In this document: one piece after another, positions 59,089 through 64,000 of the stretch
Numbering within the stretch: position 1 is the first letter of the stretch
Layout: every line of letters begins with the position of its first letter
Assembly: GCA_018714105.1 (NCBI GenBank)
Contig: DVNW01000006.1
Span: 5,689-69,688 of the forward strand
Direction: 5' to 3'
Source of the DNA: Candidatus Faecicola pullistercoris
GTDB taxonomy: Bacteria; Bacillota; Clostridia; Christensenellales; CAG-917
DNA length: 64,000 bases
The notes under the pieces: generated by a model
Told to the model about the DNA's origin: nothing
What the model saw: only the letters and a program-made list of their open reading frames with translations
Database searches by the model: none
Position numbers and translations under genes: made by a program

Positions 59089-59119
59089 AAAAACGCACCC
59101 TTTGAGGGCGCGTTTTTTT
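59087..59119. terminator. Bidirectional intrinsic terminator
   Basis: CGCaCCC-tttga-GGGcGCG with an A-run upstream and a T-run downstream, between convergent genes. Confidence 0.75.
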
Positions 59120-59129
59120 ATTTTTGAGT

Positions 59130-59669
59130 TTATTTGAAAAACAGCGGTAATTTTTCAAGATAAATTATATCTTTTCTGTCGGCGGCGTCGCCTTCTGCCA
59201 GCACGGCCATTTTGCCCGCGATTTCGGCGCCGGTTTCTTTAAGCAGACATTCGAGTGCGTGAAGGGATTCGCCCGTCGAGATTACGTCGTCGACTATCAG
59301 CACCTTTTTGCCTTTTATCATGGCGGCGTCCTTGCCGTCGAGATACAGCGTCTGCACGGCGTCGGTGGTAATGGATTTTACTTTCACGGATACCGGCGAG
59401 GACATGTAGAGTTTAAGTCCTTTACGGGCGAGGATGTAGTTTTTGCCTTCCTGTCTTGCCATTTCGTACGCAAGCGGAATGCCTTTGGACTCGGCCGTCA
59501 GTATAATATCGTGCTCGGGCGCGAGTTTAAGAAGCTCGGTGGCGCAGGCTACCGTGAGTTCGACGTCCGAAAACATTATGAACGCGGCTATATCGAGATG
59601 TTCGCCCGCAGGACAGATGAGAAGTCGGCGGGTAAGCCCCGCTACGTTTAAAGTGTAATATTTTTCCAT
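59130..59669 (-). CDS. Phosphoribosyltransferase-family protein (Apt / PurR effector-domain-like)
   Basis: PRPP loop VLIVDDVISTGES. 179 aa from the ATG at 59669 (RBS AGAGGT). Confidence 0.75.
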   Translation of the reverse strand: MEKYYTLNVAGLTRRLLICPAGEHLDIAAFIMFSDVELTVACATELLKLAPEHDIILTAESKGIPLAYEMARQEGKNYILARKGLKLYMSSPVSVKVKSITTDAVQTLYLDGKDAAMIKGKKVLIVDDVISTGESLHALECLLKETGAEIAGKMAVLAEGDAADRKDIIYLEKLPLFFK

Positions 59670-59685
59670 AAGTACCTCTGTAAAA

Positions 59686-59714
59686 ATTATCCGCCATACG
59701 GATAACTTTGTCAA
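59686..59714 (-). promoter_or_regulatory. Promoter of the PRTase gene with embedded palindrome
   Basis: Minus strand TTGACA, 17 nt, GATAAT. The inverted repeat TTATCCG-n5-CGGATAA (59687-59705) covers the spacer and -10. Confidence 0.45.
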
Positions 59715-59720
59715 GCGTTA

Positions 59721-59749
59721 TTGACTTTATAGAAAAAGGATTTTACAAT
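59721..59749 (+). promoter_or_regulatory. Sigma-A type promoter of the SDR gene
   Basis: TTGACT, 17 nt, TACAAT. Confidence 0.5.
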
Positions 59750-59778
59750 TAATATATTAAACGGCAAGAGGTTTTTTT

Positions 59779-60558
59779 ATGAGAATGGTTATCAGCGGAG
59801 TAAGCAGCGGTATAGGAAAGGAAACGGCGCTCTTTTTTGCGCGCGCAGGCCATACCGTATACGGTCTGAGCCGTCGCCCGTGCGCAATCGAGGGCGTGAG
59901 GCATCTGGTTTGCGATATAACGGACGAAAAGTCTGTAAAAGAGGCGGCACGGAGTATTCTTTCCGAGGGCGACGTCGATTGCCTTATAAACAACGCGGGC
60001 ATGGGAATATCGGGTGCTTACGAAACCGCCGCTACGGATGATATACAAAGAATTTTCGACGTAAACGTAATCGGCGGCATATGGCTTACTCAGGCATTTA
60101 TTCCTTCGCTGAAACGCACGAGGGGCAGAATAATAAATCTCAGTTCGGTAGCCTCCGTGGTGCCCCTTCCTTTTCAGAGCTTTTATTCGGCAACAAAGGC
60201 GGCAGTGGACAGTCTCGGATACGCTTTGGCCATGGAACTCAGACCTTTCGGAGTAAAGGTCACGTCCGTACTTCCCGGGGACATCAGAACGGGGTTTACC
60301 GACGCACGGTGCAAAAACCCGTCCGAACCCGACGATTATAACGGGCGCATTGCGCGTTCGGTGGGTAAAATGGAAAAAGACGAGCGTGGCGGAATGCCTC
60401 CTATTGCAGTGGTAAAAGTAATAAATCGTGCCGTTACCGCAAAAAAACCGCCGCTCCGTATAGTGGTAGGCGCGAAATACAAGGTGCTGGCCCTTCTTGC
60501 CGAACGCATGAGCAAACGTCTGAGACAGGCGGCGGTCTATTCGCTGTACGGCAAATAA
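59779..60558 (+). CDS. SDR-family oxidoreductase
   Basis: GVSSGIGKE cofactor loop and YSATKAAV catalytic YxxxK. Confidence 0.88.
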   Translation: MRMVISGVSSGIGKETALFFARAGHTVYGLSRRPCAIEGVRHLVCDITDEKSVKEAARSILSEGDVDCLINNAGMGISGAYETAATDDIQRIFDVNVIGGIWLTQAFIPSLKRTRGRIINLSSVASVVPLPFQSFYSATKAAVDSLGYALAMELRPFGVKVTSVLPGDIRTGFTDARCKNPSEPDDYNGRIARSVGKMEKDERGGMPPIAVVKVINRAVTAKKPPLRIVVGAKYKVLALLAERMSKRLRQAAVYSLYGK

Positions 60559-60732
60559 TTATGCACGATTTATACATTTATACACTTTTTATAATTTAAT
60601 ATTGTATCAATATATAAAATATTTATATCGGTATACTTTTAATTATACAAAAATTTATACATAAAACGCTTGCTTTATGCAACTTATTGTGATAATATTA
60701 CATCAACAAAATTTTTTAAAGAGGTATTCAAA

Positions 60733-61617
60733 ATGAAAAAGACTTTTATAGTTTTGCTTCTTATAGCCGTACTCGTAACAGGGTGCTTTGCTCTTACCGC
60801 CTGCGGTAAAGACAAGTACAAAATCGGCGTTCAGTCGGGTACTACCGGCGAATTTTACGTAAAAGGCAATGCGGATATGCTGCTTGACGGTTTCAGCAAT
60901 ATCGATTGTCTCCCTTACAACAACGGCGGCCTTGCCGTTAAAGCCATGCTGGACGGCACCATCGACTTCGTTATCATCGACAACGAGCCCGCAAAACAGC
61001 TTGTAGCGCAGACCAAGGGCATTAAGATGATAGACATAGCCCTGACCACCGAGCAGTACGCTTTCGGCGTAGACAAAAATCAGGCCGAACTCCTTACCGC
61101 GCTCAACGCTTTCATAGCCGAAATCAAGGCTGACGACACTCTCGACGCGATTTTCGAAAAATACAATTCTCTCGAATACGACGAAGATGGCAACGTAATC
61201 GGCGGCGACGACGCAATCGTAGGCATTACCAGCGCGACCAAGGATCTTTCCAAAGCCTCTCAGCAGCTTGTAGTTGCCACCAACGCGGCTTTTGCTCCCT
61301 ATGAATACAAGAAGGGCAATACCTTTGCCGGTATCGATATGGAAATAGCCAAACTCTTTGCCGATAAGCAGGGGCTCGAACTCGTTATAGAAGATATGGA
61401 CTTTGACGCGGTAGTTACTTCGGTAGGCAATAACGGCGTTGACGTAGCCATGGCAGGTCTGTCGGTAACGGCTACCAGAAAGCAGTCCGTAAACTTCTCC
61501 GACGCTTATTACGAGGGTGCTTATCAGGTTCTTATCGTTAAAGAAGGCGATACCACTTTTGAAGGATGCGAAACCGCGGCGGACATCGAAACCATCCTGA
61601 AGGCTCTTACCAAATAA
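60733..61617 (+). CDS. Amino-acid ABC transporter substrate-binding lipoprotein, halves in permuted order
   Basis: Lipobox LTAC. aa 29-146 align to the C-terminal half of GlnH-type SBPs. aa 177-273 align to the N-terminal half. Confidence 0.85.
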   Translation: MKKTFIVLLLIAVLVTGCFALTACGKDKYKIGVQSGTTGEFYVKGNADMLLDGFSNIDCLPYNNGGLAVKAMLDGTIDFVIIDNEPAKQLVAQTKGIKMIDIALTTEQYAFGVDKNQAELLTALNAFIAEIKADDTLDAIFEKYNSLEYDEDGNVIGGDDAIVGITSATKDLSKASQQLVVATNAAFAPYEYKKGNTFAGIDMEIAKLFADKQGLELVIEDMDFDAVVTSVGNNGVDVAMAGLSVTATRKQSVNFSDAYYEGAYQVLIVKEGDTTFEGCETAADIETILKALTK

Positions 61618-61623
61618 TAAACG

Positions 61624-62325
61624 ATGGACGTAAAGTGGGATAAATTTTATGCGCAGTTTGTAACCTACGGCGGTTACAAAAACGTTCTCGAAGGACTTTT
61701 GAACACGGTTGAGATAGCCGTGTTCGGTCTTTTGATAGGTATAGTCATAGGCACGCTTATAGCTATAACCAAAGTAGTGCCGCAATACAAACTGGGCGCA
61801 AAAATCCTGTCGAGGACAAGCGACGTATACGTGAGTTTTTTTAGAGGGACGCCTATGGTGGTTCAGCTGCTGATAGGCTATTTTATACTTATACCCGCGC
61901 TCAATCTCAGGATAGACAACGTGTCCGTCGCCATAATCATATTCGGACTTAACAGCGGCGCGTACGTTTCCGAAATAATGCGCTCGGGTATACAGTCGGT
62001 TGACGTGGGCCAGCTCGAAGCTGCAAGGGCTTTGGGCCTGGGGTACGGCACGTCCATGCTTAAAGTGGTTATACCGCAGGCAATCAAAAACATTCTGCCT
62101 ACGCTGGGCAACGAGTTTATCGTACTTATCAAGGAAACTTCGGTAACAAGTTTTATAGCCGTAGTCGACCTTACAAAGGCATTCAGGTCTATTGCCGACG
62201 CCAACTACGAGTACATAATACCCTATCTGATACTGGCGGCGGTATATCTCGTGCTCGTAATAATAATAACTATAGGCATAAGATTGATGGAAAGGAGGCT
62301 TGCCAAGAGTGATAGACGTAATTAA
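61624..62325 (+). CDS. Amino-acid ABC transporter permease
   Basis: HisM/GlnP-type, 5 TM, EAA loop [23 protein letters not shown]. Confidence 0.92.
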   Translation: MDVKWDKFYAQFVTYGGYKNVLEGLLNTVEIAVFGLLIGIVIGTLIAITKVVPQYKLGAKILSRTSDVYVSFFRGTPMVVQLLIGYFILIPALNLRIDNVSVAIIIFGLNSGAYVSEIMRSGIQSVDVGQLEAARALGLGYGTSMLKVVIPQAIKNILPTLGNEFIVLIKETSVTSFIAVVDLTKAFRSIADANYEYIIPYLILAAVYLVLVIIITIGIRLMERRLAKSDRRN

Positions 62326-63373
62326 TCTGACCAAAAAATTCGGCAACCTTCTTGTTCTCGACGACATAAGCGTTACCATAGAAAAAGGCGAAAAGGTAGC
62401 CATAATAGGGCCTTCCGGCGGCGGTAAATCGACGTTTTTGCGTTGCCTGAACGTACTTGAAGATCCTACCGCGGGCAAAATCGTGTTCGACGGCGTAGAT
62501 CTTGCCGACTTCAAGGTGGATATCAACGCTCACCGTCAGCAGATGGGCATGGTATTTCAGCAGTTCAATCTGTTCAACAACCTCAGCGTAAAGCAGAATA
62601 TTATGCTCGCGCCCGTCAAAATCGGTTTAAAGACGCTCAGAAAGCAGAAAGCGCACAACGCTTTCCTTCCCGTGTACAATAAATTTATCGATCTTTTCGG
62701 AAACAAATACAACAGCCGTATAGAAACAAAGGCGCGTAAAACAGAGGCTCGCATACAAAGCCTGAAAGCCGAACTCGCGCCCGTCGAAGCCGAATGGGAA
62801 AGCACCAAAACCATTACCGAGAAAGCGGGCAAGAGCTTTGCGACTTACGACGAAAAACTTACCGCGAAAAAGCTGGGGCTTACCGAAAAACTTGAAAAAC
62901 TCGAACGCAAACTCACCCATACCGTGCCGTTAAGCAGGAAAGAGGCTGTGGAGATAACGCTTTCCAAAGAACAAATCAAAAAAAACGCCGAGGAGACGGC
63001 ATACAGACTTCTTAAACGCATAGGGTTGGAAGACAAGGCCGAAGCATATCCGTCCACTTTGTCGGGCGGTCAGAAACAGCGCGTAGCCATAGCCAGGGCG
63101 CTTGCCATGAACCCCAAAGTAATGCTCTTCGACGAACCTACCTCGGCGCTCGATCCCGAAATGGTGGGCGAGGTGCTGGATCTTATCAAGCAGGTTGCCG
63201 ACGAGGGAATGACCATGGTGATAGTTACTCACGAGATGGGCTTTGCCAAGGAAGTGGCTTCCAGGATAATGTTTATGGACAGCGGCAAGATAGCCGAGGA
63301 CGGACCTCCGGAAAAGATTTTCAACAACCCCGAAAGCGACCGGTTGAAAGAGTTTTTGAGAAAGGTATTGTAA
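62309..63373 (+). CDS. Amino-acid ABC transporter ATP-binding protein with ~115-aa insertion
   Basis: Walker [11 protein letters not shown]-loop, LSGGQKQR, Walker [15 protein letters not shown] at 62309 (giving MIDVINL..., 10 nt after AGGAGG) is preferred to the TTG at 62300. Confidence 0.88.
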   Translation: MIDVINLTKKFGNLLVLDDISVTIEKGEKVAIIGPSGGGKSTFLRCLNVLEDPTAGKIVFDGVDLADFKVDINAHRQQMGMVFQQFNLFNNLSVKQNIMLAPVKIGLKTLRKQKAHNAFLPVYNKFIDLFGNKYNSRIETKARKTEARIQSLKAELAPVEAEWESTKTITEKAGKSFATYDEKLTAKKLGLTEKLEKLERKLTHTVPLSRKEAVEITLSKEQIKKNAEETAYRLLKRIGLEDKAEAYPSTLSGGQKQRVAIARALAMNPKVMLFDEPTSALDPEMVGEVLDLIKQVADEGMTMVIVTHEMGFAKEVASRIMFMDSGKIAEDGPPEKIFNNPESDRLKEFLRKVL

Positions 63374-63663
63374 AAACTCCCGAAGCTGTAATTAAAAACC
63401 CGACCTGTCTTGAGTAAGGAGCAAGCACAGCAAATGAGTACCCATTTGCCGCTTGCTTCTTCCGCAGCAAGCATAGGAAAGGGGTACCCTTTCCGTAAAA
63501 TGCACCGCATTTTTCTTGTTGGGAAAATCCCAAACCCTTTTGTGTTCTCTCATTTAATATCCCGTCCGAAAAACGGCTTTTGTTGCGTTTTTGCCTTTCA
63601 CTACCTACTACACCGCACAGGGCAATTTTGCCAAAGTTTTGAGCAAAAAAATTTTTTATGCCT

Positions 63664-63721
63664 CTTGACTTTCATGTCAAGCAGATATATAATTGATTTA
63701 TATAAAATGTTTATATAAATC
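63664..63721 (+). promoter_or_regulatory. Promoter plus two palindromic operator candidates upstream of the TetR gene
   Basis: TTGACT (63665-70), 17 nt, TATAAT (63688-93). IR1 is CTTGAC-n6-GTCAAG over the -35. IR2 is a perfect 11-bp inverted repeat ATTTATATAAA-atg-TTTATATAAAT (63696-63720). Confidence 0.55.
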
Positions 63722-63749
63722 GATTATTTTCCGAAAGAGAGGGAAGCTG

Positions 63750-64000
63750 ATGCCAAAGCAAAGAATCACAAAAGAAATGGTTGTTGACGCTGCTTTTGAA
63801 CTTGCCAGACAGGGTGGAATGGAACAAGTCATAGTAAAGAATATTGCAGAGAAATTAGGGTGTTCTGTACAACCAATTTATAGCTATTGCAACAATATGG
63901 ACGGATTGCGAAATGATGTGGAAAATAAAGTTAGGAGTTTTTTGCAAAATTACATAGCCGCACATATTGATAAAAATGATTTATTCCGAAGTACAGGACA
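63750..64000 (+). CDS. TetR/AcrR-family transcriptional regulator (3' end beyond window)
   Basis: N-terminal HTH ITKEMVVDAAFELARQGGMEQVIVKNIAEKLGCSVQPIYSYC. RBS AGAGAGGGAAG. Visibly more AT-rich than the rest of the window. Confidence 0.85.
   Translation, partial: MPKQRITKEMVVDAAFELARQGGMEQVIVKNIAEKLGCSVQPIYSYCNNMDGLRNDVENKVRSFLQNYIAAHIDKNDLFRSTG

Noticed and set aside
60703-62526. 607-aa ORF antisense to the ABC transporter SBP, permease and ATPase genes.
   Set aside because: It spans three well-supported sense genes and has aberrant composition (very Y/F/V/G-rich). There is no start context.
63410-63718. 102-aa plus-strand ORF (and minus-strand ORFs 63229-63510 and 63321-63533) in the spacer before the TetR gene.
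   Set aside because: It has a TTG start without an RBS and odd composition. It runs through the TetR promoter and operators and overlaps hairpin-rich sequence, so this region is more likely non-coding.

Overview
This 64-kb window is a chromosomal segment that reads like a Clostridia genome (roughly 50% GC by eye). The evidence is SpoVB-like flippase, LysM and DUF421/DUF4363 genes, an ECF folT gene behind a THF riboswitch, an L-box, and BspA-type LRR proteins. It is mostly core metabolism and maintenance. The recognisable units are asd-dapA-dapB behind a lysine riboswitch, hslO, guaB-guaA, hflX, glyQS, coaX-hom, uvrB-uvrA, malQ, acpP, a seven-gene ilvB-ilvN-leuA-cimA-leuC-leuD-leuB operon, and an amino-acid ABC transporter. 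Between these lie envelope and accessory genes: two LRR proteins, a 1327-aa modular surface protein, a 1453-aa RND pump and two MFS transporters. I saw no rRNA, tRNA, CRISPR array, transposase or integrase. The items most worth a second look are: (1) an unannotated 55-codon, 27%-cysteine, internally duplicated micro-ORF at 16385-16552 with its own RBS and terminators; (2) a GlnH-type solute-binding lipoprotein whose two halves are in swapped order, suggesting circular permutation; (3) its partner ABC ATPase, which carries a ~115-aa coiled-coil-like insertion; (4) HflX with a ~175-aa N-terminal extension bearing an exactly spaced but degenerate JAMM/RadC-like HxH-x7-S-xx-N motif; (5) DapB fused to an aspartokinase-type ACT pair; (6) a SpoVB/MurJ-like flippase that is full length only if translation starts at an RBS-positioned ATC codon; (7) a giant protein with a lipobox, five CBM-like modules and a C-terminal TM anchor; (8) an oversized RND pump with repeat-bearing loop insertions and no adjacent fusion protein. 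Function calls rest on motif recognition by eye. No database search was run.
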